Shown: positions 1 to 10,919 of the stretch, piece after piece
Layout: every line of letters begins with the position of its first letter
How positions within the stretch are numbered: the first letter of the stretch is position 1
NCBI GenBank assembly: GCA_003559855.1
Contig: PWJZ01000067.1
Coordinates: forward strand, 36 to 64,035
Length of the DNA: 64,000 nt
Reading direction: 5' to 3'
DNA from: Bacteroidales bacterium
Lineage (GTDB): Bacteria; Bacteroidota; Bacteroidia; Bacteroidales; UBA7960
Program-made: the position numbers and the translations under genes
The notes under the pieces: model-generated
What the model was told of the DNA's origin: nothing
Seen by the model: only the letters and a program-made list of their open reading frames with translations
Database searches by the model: none

Positions 1-92
1 TGGCTTTGTTATTAAAATTATAACTTTCTTATTATCATATACTTTAAACAAATCATTATTAATAGCAACTTGAGTTAATTAAACAATCATTC

Positions 93-830
93 ATGAAAGC
101 AATGATCCTCGCTGCCGGATACGGAGAAAGGTTAAAGCCTTTGACTGACACAAAGCCCAAGCCATTGGTTGAGGTTGCCGGGAAACCCATGCTGCATTGG
201 GTAGCAGAAAAGCTTGTAAATAATGGTTTTGACCCTATAGTAATAAATGTACACCATCATGCCGCTATGATGAAGCAGGCTGTGAAAAAGCTGCCTTTCA
301 ATGCCGAATTTATTATTTCGGATGAGGAAGATCGTTTGCTCGGTACCGGTGGCGGATTGCTCAAGGCAAAAAAATACCTCTGCGGCAGCGAACCCTTCCT
401 TGTTTATAATGCAGACATAATAAGCAATATCAACCTGCAGGGAATGTATTCATATCATCTGAAACAAGGTTGTATTGCCACACTGGCAACATCCGGCAGG
501 GATGCATCAAACTACCTGCTCTGGCACGATAACAAGCTGGCTGGATGGGAACACATTGAATCGGGAAAAAAAATTATTGCGAAAAAAACAAAAAAAATGT
601 TGTTAAGAAAAGCTTTCAGCGGCGTTCACGTTATCAGCCCTCAGATATTCAGCCTTGTTAAAGAGAGCGGGAGCTTTTCCATAATCAAGGTCTATCTTGA
701 ACTTGCAAAAGAAAAAGAAATTTTTTCCTTTGACCATGACCATAAATATTGGTTTGACCTTGGCACAACTGAAAAAATAAGAAATGCTGAAAAAGTAATA
801 ACAAAAAATCATGATATTTTTGTCCGATGA
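93..830 (+). CDS. Sugar-1-phosphate nucleotidylyltransferase family protein (MurU-like)
   Basis: 245-aa ORF. N-terminus MKAMILAAGYGERLKPLTDTKPKPLVEVAGKP matches the GxGxRL...KP(L/M)V signature of the NTP_transferase family. Size and layout resemble N-acetylmuramate-1-P uridylyltransferase-type enzymes. Confidence 0.75.
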   Translation: MKAMILAAGYGERLKPLTDTKPKPLVEVAGKPMLHWVAEKLVNNGFDPIVINVHHHAAMMKQAVKKLPFNAEFIISDEEDRLLGTGGGLLKAKKYLCGSEPFLVYNADIISNINLQGMYSYHLKQGCIATLATSGRDASNYLLWHDNKLAGWEHIESGKKIIAKKTKKMLLRKAFSGVHVISPQIFSLVKESGSFSIIKVYLELAKEKEIFSFDHDHKYWFDLGTTEKIRNAEKVITKNHDIFVR

Positions 831-940
831 AAAATACCTGATGAAGGGAAACGAGGGGAACAGGCATATAGTACGGGGTTCAAATAAGGGTTAAACCCCT
901 GTTAAATCATAAACCTATCGCTTATAAACCTAAAAAACAT

Positions 941-3847
941 ATGGTTCCGTTTTTGGAAAAAATTGCCGATTATTATTTATCACTGAAGGAAGCCCTCACG
1001 GGCAATATTTGCATTGTCACTCCCAACCGGCGTGCGGCTTTGTATATACGGTCGCATACAGGCAAAAAAATATCGGATACCATCTGGGCGCCCGATATTC
1101 TGAGCATAGAAGAGTTCATCAACATGTTGTCGGGTTTGAGAATCACCGACAACATTACCTTGCTGATGGAGTTTTACAGGGTTTTAAAGAACAAAGACAG
1201 TGGAGGCATATCATGGGAGAAAGGCAATGGCACTGACGGTATTGATTTTGAGGAGATCCTGAAATGGGTGCCGGTGTTATTGAATGATTTTGATGATATT
1301 GACCGTAATCTTGAGGATCCCTCTGCGCTTTTTGAAAATCTTACGGAAATAAAAAAGATCCGTACCTGGTCGCCCGACGGTAAGCTGACTTCATTTCAGG
1401 AGCGGTATATCAGGTTTTTCAGCATAATACCACAATATCACAAACTTTTTAAGGAAAGTCTTTTATCGCAGGGCATTGCTTACCAGGGGCTTTCGAATTG
1501 TGTTGCCGCTTCGGAAATTGAAAAGATCGTCAACGACATTCCATACCGGCGGGTTATATTCGCAGGTTTGAATGCCTTGAGCCAGTCGGAGGAGAAGATC
1601 ATCTCAACATTGCTGTACAACGACAAGGCTGTGGTGATATGGGATGCCGATGAGTATTATCTTTACGGGGAAAGCGGTAATGTAAAGCACGAAGCGGGCA
1701 TGTTTATAAGGAAATACAGTGATAAATGGCGAAAAAATAGTATGATTATGGCCGAAACAGGTTTCAGGGACCGGCCTAAGAACATAAACATTTTGGGTAT
1801 AGCAAAAAAAATCAATCAGGTACAACTGGCAGGCAACATAATATTGTCGCGCATACCGGAAGAAGAGCATGAAGATACGGCAATAGTGCTTGCAGATGAG
1901 GGGCTGATGTTGCCTGTGCTGGGTAGTTTGCCGGAAAACGTGAAAAAAGCAAATGTCACGATGGGATATCCCCTTTCCTACACCGCTTTTTATTCGTTTG
2001 CCGAAAGCATACTGGCAACACATATAGGTGCGGTTCAAAGAAGAGGCGATGATGAGCAAAAACAACCGGCATTTTATTATAAGGATATTTTGACAATCCT
2101 GAAACATCCTCACGGAAACATATTGTTTGACGAGGAGGAAGATAATGTTGCGTCAGATGTTTCAAATGCAATAAACAGATCAAACCGCAGCTTTTATACT
2201 TTACAGCAATTGAAAGACATCTGCGGGGGGCGTGAAAACGGGTTGTTTGAAAAGCTTTTCAGCATGTGGTATGATTCGCCTGCCGTGGCGCTCGATTTTT
2301 TCAGGGAAACACTCGTCAGCCTTGAAGAGCATTATTATAATTCGGTTCAGGCTGAAGATGGCAGCGGGTTTTCAGTTGATCAGGCTGCCTTTAACCGGTT
2401 CAGCCTGCTGATAAACCGGTTTGAGATTTATCAGGGCAAATATGGTCAGCCGGCAACCCTGCAAAGCTTTCAGCGTATTTTCCGAAACCTGGTAGCCCTG
2501 GAATGCATACCCTTCTCGGGCGAACCCCTTGAAGGCCTGCAGATAATGGGATTGCTGGAAACCCGAAACCTCGATTTCAAAAACCTGGTGATCTTATCTG
2601 TCAATGAATCAATATTGCCAAAAGGAAAAACCCAAAATTCTTTTATTCCTTTCGATATGAAAGTTGAATTCGGGCTTAACACACACAGGGAACGTGATGC
2701 CATTTATGCCTACCATTTCTACAGGTTGTTGCAAAGAGCCGAAAATGTTTTTCTGATCTATAATACGGAGGCGGATAATACAGGAGCAGGAGAAAAAAGC
2801 CGCTTCATAACGCAGATAGAATATGAGCTGAAGGAATATAATTCCGATATTGAAATCAATCATGAGGTGATACCGGTAATGGTTGATTTTGAGAGCCCGC
2901 CATCTGCATTGAAGATTGAAAAGACCGCCGACATAATCGAAAAGATAGAGAGGATGGGCGAAAAAGGGTATTCACCTTCGGCGTTGACCATTTTTTTAAG
3001 ATGCAGCCTGCGGTTTTATTTACAAAAAATAATGAATATAGAAGAAAGGGAGGAAGTGGAAGAGACCATTGAACTTAAAACCCTTGGGCTGGCAATACAC
3101 GACGTGCTCGAAAATATTTTTAAACCTTATGTTGGCACCCTGCTTAAGGAAGAGCATCTGGATATTGATCAGGGCAGGATAGAAGATCTTCTCAGGGAAA
3201 GGTTCGGTCATTATTATCGTGGCGGCGATATTGATACGGGTAAAAATTATTTGCTTTACAGGGTGGCTTTAAGGATGATATTAAACTACCTTCGTGCCGA
3301 ACGCAATGACATTCGTTTAAGGGCTTTGAAAAACAGCCATATTGCGATTGTTTCACTGGAAAAACTTTACCTGCATGATTTTCCTGTAAAAATTGGTAAT
3401 GGTGTTACTGTGAGGATAACAGGCAAGGTTGACAGGGTAGATAAGGCCGGAGATCTTTACCGGGTCATTGATTACAAGACCGGGAAGGTCAATAGTGGTG
3501 ATCTGCGCATAAAACGGTGGGATGAATTGCTTGAGAAGGCTGATACGGAAAAAAGCTTTCAGCTTTTGTGTTACAGCTGGTTGTTTTTCAAAGAAAAAAA
3601 AGATGCGGGAGCGCTGTTACCTTCCATAAGATCTTTCCGTAATCCGGGATACGGATTGTTTGAGATCCGTCATCCTGCCGGTAACGGCGGTATTATTACC
3701 CGCAACGATATTGAGGAGTTTGAACAGAACGTGCTGAAGCCTGTTTTTCTTGAGTTGTATGACCCCGGCAAGCCTTTCAGGCAAACCGACAATGAGGAAA
3801 ACTGCCGCTATTGTCCTTTTACTATTCTTTGCGGGCGTAACCGGTAA
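941..3847 (+). CDS. AddB-like PD-(D/E)XK nuclease / degenerate helicase subunit with Fe-S cysteines
   Basis: 968-aa ORF. C-terminal RecB-type nuclease motifs (GKVDRVD, VIDYKTGK). Cys pattern RCSLRF ... CRYCPFTILC (C-x2-C-x5-C) like the AddB iron-staple. Confidence 0.7.
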   Translation: MVPFLEKIADYYLSLKEALTGNICIVTPNRRAALYIRSHTGKKISDTIWAPDILSIEEFINMLSGLRITDNITLLMEFYRVLKNKDSGGISWEKGNGTDGIDFEEILKWVPVLLNDFDDIDRNLEDPSALFENLTEIKKIRTWSPDGKLTSFQERYIRFFSIIPQYHKLFKESLLSQGIAYQGLSNCVAASEIEKIVNDIPYRRVIFAGLNALSQSEEKIISTLLYNDKAVVIWDADEYYLYGESGNVKHEAGMFIRKYSDKWRKNSMIMAETGFRDRPKNINILGIAKKINQVQLAGNIILSRIPEEEHEDTAIVLADEGLMLPVLGSLPENVKKANVTMGYPLSYTAFYSFAESILATHIGAVQRRGDDEQKQPAFYYKDILTILKHPHGNILFDEEEDNVASDVSNAINRSNRSFYTLQQLKDICGGRENGLFEKLFSMWYDSPAVALDFFRETLVSLEEHYYNSVQAEDGSGFSVDQAAFNRFSLLINRFEIYQGKYGQPATLQSFQRIFRNLVALECIPFSGEPLEGLQIMGLLETRNLDFKNLVILSVNESILPKGKTQNSFIPFDMKVEFGLNTHRERDAIYAYHFYRLLQRAENVFLIYNTEADNTGAGEKSRFITQIEYELKEYNSDIEINHEVIPVMVDFESPPSALKIEKTADIIEKIERMGEKGYSPSALTIFLRCSLRFYLQKIMNIEEREEVEETIELKTLGLAIHDVLENIFKPYVGTLLKEEHLDIDQGRIEDLLRERFGHYYRGGDIDTGKNYLLYRVALRMILNYLRAERNDIRLRALKNSHIAIVSLEKLYLHDFPVKIGNGVTVRITGKVDRVDKAGDLYRVIDYKTGKVNSGDLRIKRWDELLEKADTEKSFQLLCYSWLFFKEKKDAGALLPSIRSFRNPGYGLFEIRHPAGNGGIITRNDIEEFEQNVLKPVFLELYDPGKPFRQTDNEENCRYCPFTILCGRNR

Positions 3848-3935
3848 ATAACCGGCAGCGGTTAACTTCAAAACCCGGGTATGGGCCATAATTTTGAGTT
3901 ATCAGGTTTGACGATAGCTGTTTTAACGTTCAAAA

Positions 3936-6560
3936 TCATCTTCCGGCAATTTCCCTTGCCTTGTTTATAACATTGTCGAGACCTTGCGGGTTTTTGCCGC
4001 CGGCAGTGGCAAAGAAAGGCTGACCGCCGCCGCTGCCGTTGATCTCTTTTGCAAGCTCCTTTACTATCTCGCCGGCATGAAAGTTTTTGGATCTGACAAT
4101 AGTGTCGGACAGCATTACAGCAATACCGGGCTTATTATTGTGTTGATAAGCCAGTACAAGAAACAGATCATCAACTTTTTGTTTGAGCTCAAAAGCAAGG
4201 TCTTTGGCAGTTTTGGCATCAACAGTTAACCTGGCTCCTATAAAACCTATATCATTTATCTTTTGCAGTTTGCCCAGCAGCTCCTGTTTTATCTGTGATG
4301 TTTTGGCTTTTTGCAAAGATTCTGCTTTCTTCCTGAGGCTTTCATTCTGCTCAACCAGTTGCTTTAAAGCTTTCTTGAGATCTTTGGGATGTTTTAAAAT
4401 ATTATTGACCCGATCAAGTGTTTCAAGCTTTTTGTTAATATACTTTTCAGCTTCGTAGCCCGTAACGGCTTCAATTCTTCTGATACCGGCAGCAATTGCC
4501 GTTTCGGAAACGATCTTGAAAAAGCCTATTTGACCTGTACGCTCAACATGTGTGCCACCACAAAGTTCTGAAGAAAATTTTCCGTCAAAAGAGACAACCC
4601 TTGCAGACAATTCATCATATTTTTCGCCAAACAGTGCAATGGCGCCCATTTTTCGGGCTTTATCAAGCGAAATATCACGGTGCTCTTCAAGTGAAATATT
4701 TTGACGTATCTTTTCGTTGACGATCGTTTCTATTTGTCTGACCTGTTCGGGTGTTGTTTTTTCGAAATGGGCAAAGTCAAATCGTAACCGCTTTTCGTCA
4801 ACCAGTGAACCTTTCTGTTGCGCGTGATCTCCAATGACTTTTCTCAGGGCTGAATGCATAAGGTGTGTGGCTGAGTGGTTGTTGGCGGTTAACAAACGTT
4901 TGCTTTTATCGATACTTGCGATTACCTTTTCAGGAACGGGCTCGGGCAGTCGTTCGGCAACGTGTATCGTCAGCTCATTTTCTTTTTGGGTGTCAATAAT
5001 ATTTATGTTGCCTCTTTCCGACTGCAAAACACCACGGTCGCCGACCTGTCCGCCCGATTCGGCATAAAAGGGCGTTTTGTCCAATACTATGTGATATAGC
5101 GATCTTTGCTTAATATTAACCTTCCTGTATTTTATTATTTCGGCTTTAGATTCAAGGGTGTCGTAGCCCGTAAACTTTGTTTCTTCAATGCCCGGCTTCA
5201 GTTCGATCCAGTCGGCCGATGGTTTTACACTTGCTGCACGGCTTCTCTCTTTCTGTTTTCTCATATTTTCGTTGAAGCCTTCCATATCTACCTTCAAGCC
5301 TTTTTCTTTTGCCATCAGGTTGGTAAGATCAACGGGGAAACCATACGTATCAAACAGCTCAAAGGCAAAATTCCCGTCGATGAGGTTGTCTTCCAGTTCT
5401 TTATCAAGGTAGTTTTCAAACTTGTTTATTCCGGTTGCCAAGGTTTTCAGAAACATCTGCTCTTCCTGTTTTATCACTTTGCTGATAAGGTCTTTTTGTG
5501 CTGATAGTTCGGGGAAATGTCGTCCCATTTTATCAACGAGTAAAGGCACGAGCTCATATATGAACGGTTCAGACATTTCAAGGAATGTATATCCGTACCG
5601 GCTGGCTCTTCGCAGTATTCGCCTGATTATGTATCCGGCTCCGGTATTTGAAGGCAACTCTCCGTCGGCAATTGCAAAAGCAATTGCTCTCAGATGATCT
5701 GCCACCACACGCATTGCAACATCGGTTTCGTTGCCTTTTCCATAAGGCTTGGATGTCATTTCAGATAACCTGTCAGTATAAGGTTTGAACAGATCAGTGT
5801 CATAATTCGATCTTTTGCCTTGCAGCACCATACATAATCTTTCGAAACCCATTCCCGTGTCAACATGTTTTTCAGGTAAGGGCAGAAGCATACCGTCGGT
5901 TTTTCGGTTAAATTCAATGAAAACCAGGTTCCATATTTCTATAACCCCCGGATATTCTTTATTTACAAGCTCACTACCCTTTTTTTCCTTTCTTGAATCA
6001 TCATCACGAATATCGATATGAATTTCCGAACAAGGCCCGCATGGACCCGTATCGCCCATTTCCCAGAAATTATCTTTTTTTGAACCATGCAAAATCCGCG
6101 ATTCGGCAACTATAGTCTTCCAAATATCGTAAGCTTCGTTGTCGGGATCAAGTCCGGCAGATTTATCTCCTTCAAAAACGGTTACATAAAGTCTTTCACT
6201 CTCTATATTGTACTCTTTTGTAAGCAGTTCCCAGGCCCAATGTATCGCTTCCTTCTTAAAATAATCGCCGAAACTCCAGTTGCCCATCATCTCAAACATT
6301 GTATGATGGTATGTGTCGTGGCCTACCTGTTCAAGGTCATTATGCTTGCCTGAAACCCTGAGGCATTTTTGTGTGTTAACGACCCTTTTATGTTTTTTGG
6401 GAATATTGCCTAAAAAGATATCTTTGAACTGGTTCATTCCGGCATTGGTGAACATCAGGGTAGGGTCATTTTTTACGACCATCGGGGCTGATCTTACGAC
6501 ATGATGCCCTCTTTTTTCGAAATATTTTATAAAACGTTGCCTGATGTCTGCAGATTTCAT
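3936..6560 (-). CDS. alaS: Alanine--tRNA ligase
   Basis: Class II AlaRS motifs (FTNAGMNQFK, HHTMFEMMGNWSFGDYFK), editing-domain HxxxH (HSATHLMH) and a C-terminal DHHA1-like GGGG region. Start is placed at the ATG at 6560 (MKSADIRQRFIKYFEKRGH). The 64 upstream codons in the track are AT-rich leader. Confidence 0.95.
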   Translation of the reverse strand: MKSADIRQRFIKYFEKRGHHVVRSAPMVVKNDPTLMFTNAGMNQFKDIFLGNIPKKHKRVVNTQKCLRVSGKHNDLEQVGHDTYHHTMFEMMGNWSFGDYFKKEAIHWAWELLTKEYNIESERLYVTVFEGDKSAGLDPDNEAYDIWKTIVAESRILHGSKKDNFWEMGDTGPCGPCSEIHIDIRDDDSRKEKKGSELVNKEYPGVIEIWNLVFIEFNRKTDGMLLPLPEKHVDTGMGFERLCMVLQGKRSNYDTDLFKPYTDRLSEMTSKPYGKGNETDVAMRVVADHLRAIAFAIADGELPSNTGAGYIIRRILRRASRYGYTFLEMSEPFIYELVPLLVDKMGRHFPELSAQKDLISKVIKQEEQMFLKTLATGINKFENYLDKELEDNLIDGNFAFELFDTYGFPVDLTNLMAKEKGLKVDMEGFNENMRKQKERSRAASVKPSADWIELKPGIEETKFTGYDTLESKAEIIKYRKVNIKQRSLYHIVLDKTPFYAESGGQVGDRGVLQSERGNINIIDTQKENELTIHVAERLPEPVPEKVIASIDKSKRLLTANNHSATHLMHSALRKVIGDHAQQKGSLVDEKRLRFDFAHFEKTTPEQVRQIETIVNEKIRQNISLEEHRDISLDKARKMGAIALFGEKYDELSARVVSFDGKFSSELCGGTHVERTGQIGFFKIVSETAIAAGIRRIEAVTGYEAEKYINKKLETLDRVNNILKHPKDLKKALKQLVEQNESLRKKAESLQKAKTSQIKQELLGKLQKINDIGFIGARLTVDAKTAKDLAFELKQKVDDLFLVLAYQHNNKPGIAVMLSDTIVRSKNFHAGEIVKELAKEINGSGGGQPFFATAGGKNPQGLDNVINKAREIAGR

Positions 6561-6602
6561 TGATATATAGAGATTTTGTGAAATTTTTTTTATAATTATT
6601 GG

Positions 6603-6610
6603 CAAAATTA
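6603..6610 (-). promoter_or_regulatory. Candidate Bacteroidota sigma-A -7 box (TAATTTTG) for alaS
   Basis: The plus strand reads caaaatta, which is TAATTTTG on the minus strand and matches TAnnTTTG. It lies 43-50 nt upstream of the alaS ATG. Confidence 0.4.
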
Positions 6611-6766
6611 AATTAATTTTCATTAGTTTTGTAACGAAATGGGTATAAACATACGTATACAATAGGTAAATAAATATATTAGCAGAAATACCCGTATTTG
6701 TGTATTTTTTTTGGCTTTTAATACTATTTATAAAACCAAAGGGTGTTAACAAAAGTTTCAGGGTTT

Positions 6767-7735
6767 ATGTTAAAAGATAACTACAGGTTCAATACCAAAA
6801 CCTTATCGGTTGAAAAGGTACAAGAAACTATATGGGATAAAATAAAGAAGATATTACGAATTGCACTGGCGGGCGTAGTCTTTTCCATAATAGTGCTCAT
6901 TATAGGGTACACTTTTTTTGAATCTCCGAGGGAGCAGATGTTACTCAGGGAGATTGAGCAATATGAGTTTCAGCATGAGATCATTCATGACCGTTTGAAT
7001 AAATTGGCAGCGGTTCTTGATGATATACAATATCGTGACGACAACATATACCGTGTGATATTCGAGGCAGATCCCATACCGTTCTCTGTGAGGGAAGCCG
7101 GTTATGGTGGTGCTGATCGTTATCTGGAGCTTGAAGGATTTGATAATACAGAGTTAATAAGAGATTTGCATCAACGTATTGACAAGCTTGCCCGTCAGCT
7201 ATATGTTCAGTCTAAGTCGTATGACGAGGTTTTTGAAATGGCGAAGAACAAGGCTGATATGCTGGCTTCAATACCGGCAATAATACCTATTGAAAGAGGT
7301 ATTGAGCGTGTTATTTCAGGTTTTGGTTACAGGATACATCCTATTTATAAAACAATGCGTATGCATCCCGGTGTTGATTTTTCCGCACCTACAGGAACTC
7401 CCATATATGCCACGGGCAATGGGATAATTACCAAAGCAGGCAGAAACAGGCACGGGTATGGAATAATGGTAAGAATTGACCATGGGTATGGTTATAAAAC
7501 ATTATATGCTCATATGAGCAAGATTAATGTAAGGCAAGGCCAACAGGTACAGCGTGGTGAAATTATAGGTTATGTCGGTAATACCGGTATCTCAACGGCA
7601 CCGCATCTGCACTATGAAGTGATAAGAAACGGTAAAAAAGTAGACCCGGTTAGCTATTTCTATAACGACCTGACACCCGAAGAGTTTGAATATATAATCG
7701 AAAAAGCTTCAAGGGTGAATCAATCCCTCTCATGA
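6767..7735 (+). CDS. M23 family metallopeptidase (peptidoglycan endopeptidase-like)
   Basis: HPGVDFSAPTGTPIYA ... GNTGISTAPHLHYEV are the HxxxD and HxH zinc motifs of peptidase M23. It has an N-terminal TM anchor. The ATG at 6767 is preferred over the GTG at 6743. Confidence 0.85.
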   Translation: MLKDNYRFNTKTLSVEKVQETIWDKIKKILRIALAGVVFSIIVLIIGYTFFESPREQMLLREIEQYEFQHEIIHDRLNKLAAVLDDIQYRDDNIYRVIFEADPIPFSVREAGYGGADRYLELEGFDNTELIRDLHQRIDKLARQLYVQSKSYDEVFEMAKNKADMLASIPAIIPIERGIERVISGFGYRIHPIYKTMRMHPGVDFSAPTGTPIYATGNGIITKAGRNRHGYGIMVRIDHGYGYKTLYAHMSKINVRQGQQVQRGEIIGYVGNTGISTAPHLHYEVIRNGKKVDPVSYFYNDLTPEEFEYIIEKASRVNQSLS

Positions 7736-7753
7736 TGCTCAATAAAAGCCGGC

Positions 7754-10516
7754 CTACTGCAATTTAAGATATTCGAACAGTCTGACGAAATCTTCTTCTT
7801 TAACGGGTTTGGTAAGAAATTCATCCATGCTCATCTGAATATATTTTTCCCTGATACCTTCAAAATCGGTAGCGCTGAGTGCTACTATCGGAGGCAAATC
7901 TGAGAACTTGCTTCTCAGTTCTTTGGTTGCCATAACGCCATCCATAACCGGCATTTGTATATCCATAAGGATCAGATCAAAACTTTTATCGGCGGAATAT
8001 ATTTCAATGGCTTCTTTGCCATTATTTGCAGTTACAACCTCATGACCCATTGATTGCAGAATGAGTGAAATCACTTTTTGATGCACAACTTTGTCTTCAA
8101 CATATAAGATATTGAGGGTTGATGTTTTGGCAGGCTTTTTTGTTTCGCCTTCAAGTATTATAGCTTCGGGTTTTTCGGCCGCCCTTGCCATAAAGGTAAA
8201 CCAGAAAATACTTCCTTCTCCGTATTTGCTTTCAACGTCAATCTCTCCGCCTAGAATTTCACTGAGCTGCTGGCAAACAATTAAACCCAAACCCCTGGCA
8301 TTTATAACGGGATTGAAGCCCGTGTTTGATAGTGTAACAGGTTTGAAAAGCTGTTCTTTTGATTCAGGACTTATTCCAATACCCGTATCCTCAACTTCCG
8401 TTCTTATCAGAAAGGGTTTGTTCGGTTCAACAGGGGTTGACGGTTTCATCTTCAGAACAATTCTTCCTTTTTCGGTATGTTGTATGGCGTTCAGAAGCAA
8501 ATTATATATTACCTGAAAAATAAGCTGTTCATCGGCTTTGATGTATTCAGGCAGATCAGGGCTGACCTCTCTCTCGAAAGTTATTTCTTTATGACATATC
8601 GATTCAAATATTTTTTCCGAATTATCAATAAGCGAATTTATTGAAAAAACCTTTGAGTTTATCAAAGCTTCTTTTTCTTCTATTATGGGATATGCCGGGA
8701 TCCTGCTGATAATTTCCCTGATATTTTCTATTGATGCCGTTAACAGGTCTAAATATTCTCTTTGATTTTCCGAAAGTTCGGTTTTAGCCAGTAGTTCTGC
8801 TAATCCCACTATGCCTGTAAGTGGTGATAGGATCTCATGGTTCAGATTTTCAATGAACCTTTTTCTGAATTGAGCTGATTCATTGGCAATTAATGCCTTT
8901 TGTTGAAGCCTTTCAGCGTGTTTATGCCCGGTGACATCTTCAACAATACCGTCGTAGTAAACAATTTTACCATAATTATCTTTAATGGCTTTGATAGTTT
9001 CACGGGTGTCTATATTTGAACCGTCTTTATGTATCCATTTGGTCGGATAACCGGCAATTTCACCTTTTTCATTTACTTTCTTTATCAGATTGTAATGGTC
9101 GGTGTTTTTTGAAGCTGTTTCTTTTTTTGTTAAGCTTTTTATTGTCAGTTCTATGTAAGAATTGTATCCGAGCATTCTTACCAGGGCGGGATTTGCCATG
9201 AGTATTTGCCCGTTTGCATCAATTCTGTAAAAGCCGACCGATGAGTTTTGATAAAAGCTTTTGTACTTTTCTTTACTTTCCCTTAAAGTTTTTTCGGCAG
9301 TCTTTAGTTGAGTGATGTCTTTGTAAATGACCATTGATCGTTTTTTTCCGTCCCAGGCTATATCCTTTCTGTGTGCGAGAAGGTTTCTTATTTTACCGTC
9401 TTTTCGTATTATGTTTATTTCATATTCCGGCGGTATTTTCGAGCCTTGTTTTATTTGTTGTTTTCTGGCGAGGAATTCGGCGTAACTTTCGGGTGTATAA
9501 CGTTTCAGTGCCGGGGCTTTAATAAGATCAGCGATGCTGTCGTAACCATATATATCAAGCATTGCCCGATTAACGTATATGGTTTGATCTTCATTGGAAA
9601 TAATTTCTATTCCCAAGGGCGATTCAACAATTGCATGCCTGAAATTTTCTTCCGACCGGTGCATCGAATCCTCATATTGCTGGCGTAATGTAATGTCACG
9701 AACCATTGTAAGCATGAGATCATTGTCAAGAGGTGATATCCTTGCTTCGAAGAACATCTTTTGATCATCAATTTTTAACTGATATTCATAAGTTTGAATT
9801 TTTCCGGTATTCAGGCATTTTTCGAACAATTGCAAAAAACGTTGTGCTTCTTCTTCAGGATATACATCTTTCAGGTTCATACCAACCAATTCGCCGGGCA
9901 GAAAATCCGGTTTTGATATTTCGGTGGCGATCACGTCTTTAAAGTTTCCGTTTTTGTCGAAAACAAAAAGCGAATCGGGTATTGACCGGAGGATAGAATT
10001 AATTTTTACTGCTTGTTTGTCGGCTGTTTCCTGATCGTTCGAGTATTTTGTAATATCACGCGAAACCGCGATCACGGCTTTCTGCCCGGAATAGCTGCCC
10101 GGTGTCAGATTGATCTCGGTAGGAAAGATCTTACCGCTTCTGTCGATCCTCCAAAACTCAAACTTCTGAGGTTCCCCCTCGTATGCTCTTTTTATATGTT
10201 TTTTTATGACGTTGAGGTCATTCCTGAAAGGAGCGGAGAGAAAATCAAGCGCTTTGCCGAGAAACGATTCCCTTGGATAACCGTACAGAATCTCTGCCGA
10301 AATGTTTAAATCCAAAAAGAAACCCTCTTTATGATGGAAAGAAATAGCCTCGCTGATACCGTCAATTACATCTTTGAATGTTGATTTTAACCGCTGATTA
10401 TCTTCCTGGCTAAAACACTGTTTCTTTAATAAAATATTTTCTTCCTTCAGAGTTCTGTTTTCTTCCTCAAGCCGGCTGATCCTTTCTCGTGCATTATTTT
10501 TTGAAGTATCTTCCAT
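7754..10516 (-). CDS. Multi-PAS hybrid sensor histidine kinase / response regulator (no TM segments)
   Basis: 920 aa. N-terminal coiled coil and several PAS-like blocks. H-box NLNHEILSPLTG, HATPase N/G boxes (LLLNAIQHT, DTGIGI, GLGLIVC) and a C-terminal receiver (LILMDIQMPVMDG). Confidence 0.9.
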   Translation of the reverse strand: MEDTSKNNARERISRLEEENRTLKEENILLKKQCFSQEDNQRLKSTFKDVIDGISEAISFHHKEGFFLDLNISAEILYGYPRESFLGKALDFLSAPFRNDLNVIKKHIKRAYEGEPQKFEFWRIDRSGKIFPTEINLTPGSYSGQKAVIAVSRDITKYSNDQETADKQAVKINSILRSIPDSLFVFDKNGNFKDVIATEISKPDFLPGELVGMNLKDVYPEEEAQRFLQLFEKCLNTGKIQTYEYQLKIDDQKMFFEARISPLDNDLMLTMVRDITLRQQYEDSMHRSEENFRHAIVESPLGIEIISNEDQTIYVNRAMLDIYGYDSIADLIKAPALKRYTPESYAEFLARKQQIKQGSKIPPEYEINIIRKDGKIRNLLAHRKDIAWDGKKRSMVIYKDITQLKTAEKTLRESKEKYKSFYQNSSVGFYRIDANGQILMANPALVRMLGYNSYIELTIKSLTKKETASKNTDHYNLIKKVNEKGEIAGYPTKWIHKDGSNIDTRETIKAIKDNYGKIVYYDGIVEDVTGHKHAERLQQKALIANESAQFRKRFIENLNHEILSPLTGIVGLAELLAKTELSENQREYLDLLTASIENIREIISRIPAYPIIEEKEALINSKVFSINSLIDNSEKIFESICHKEITFEREVSPDLPEYIKADEQLIFQVIYNLLLNAIQHTEKGRIVLKMKPSTPVEPNKPFLIRTEVEDTGIGISPESKEQLFKPVTLSNTGFNPVINARGLGLIVCQQLSEILGGEIDVESKYGEGSIFWFTFMARAAEKPEAIILEGETKKPAKTSTLNILYVEDKVVHQKVISLILQSMGHEVVTANNGKEAIEIYSADKSFDLILMDIQMPVMDGVMATKELRSKFSDLPPIVALSATDFEGIREKYIQMSMDEFLTKPVKEEDFVRLFEYLKLQ

Positions 10517-10696
10517 TTAAGGTTAATATGGTTAAATATAGGATTTCCGGGCAAGTTTGTTAAAACATAATTTGTGTTGAACAAGATTATTTATTACTTA
10601 ATAAAAATAGCTTTCTGTCTATGTAAAGAATTGCCTTGCAAGCTTTTATAAATAAAGCTTTTTAGAATTGGCCGATCATTGTATCTTAAGAATTCA

Positions 10697-10704
10697 CAAA
10701 TTTA
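10697..10704 (-). promoter_or_regulatory. Candidate -7 box TAAATTTG upstream of the 920-aa kinase
   Basis: The plus strand reads caaattta, which is TAAATTTG on the minus strand. It lies about 180 nt upstream of the ATG at 10516. The same octamer sits upstream of the paralog. Confidence 0.3.
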
Positions 10705-10919
10705 AACAATATTTTATTTAGGCATAAACTTGAGTTGATAAAATTTAATTATTGACAATTTTTATATTTTCTCGATGCTTTTTTATTGATCAGGATGTTT
10801 TTGTTCTTAGTTTGGTTTTCAGCATTTTCGAACAAAACGGTGTTTTTCCGGTCAGGTATCGTTGAATGATTTATTTTCGGATTTATCTATCAACGGCGGG
10901 ACGCATGTGGATCAGATAT

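Noticed and set aside
561-600. Three poly-A runs (A8, A7, A8) inside the nucleotidyltransferase gene as slipped-strand phase-variation sites
   Set aside because: They encode a lysine-rich loop (GKKIIAKKTKKM) in frame. There is no evidence of alternative frames or truncated variants. A-runs are common in this AT-rich genome.
6561-6752. 64-codon N-terminal extension of the alaS ORF in the track (MLTPFGFINSIKSQKKY...)
   Set aside because: The extension is AT-rich and low-complexity, and it overlaps the divergent M23 gene start. Conserved AlaRS sequence begins exactly at the internal ATG at 6560 (MKSADIRQRF...), and a TAATTTTG box lies inside the supposed extension.
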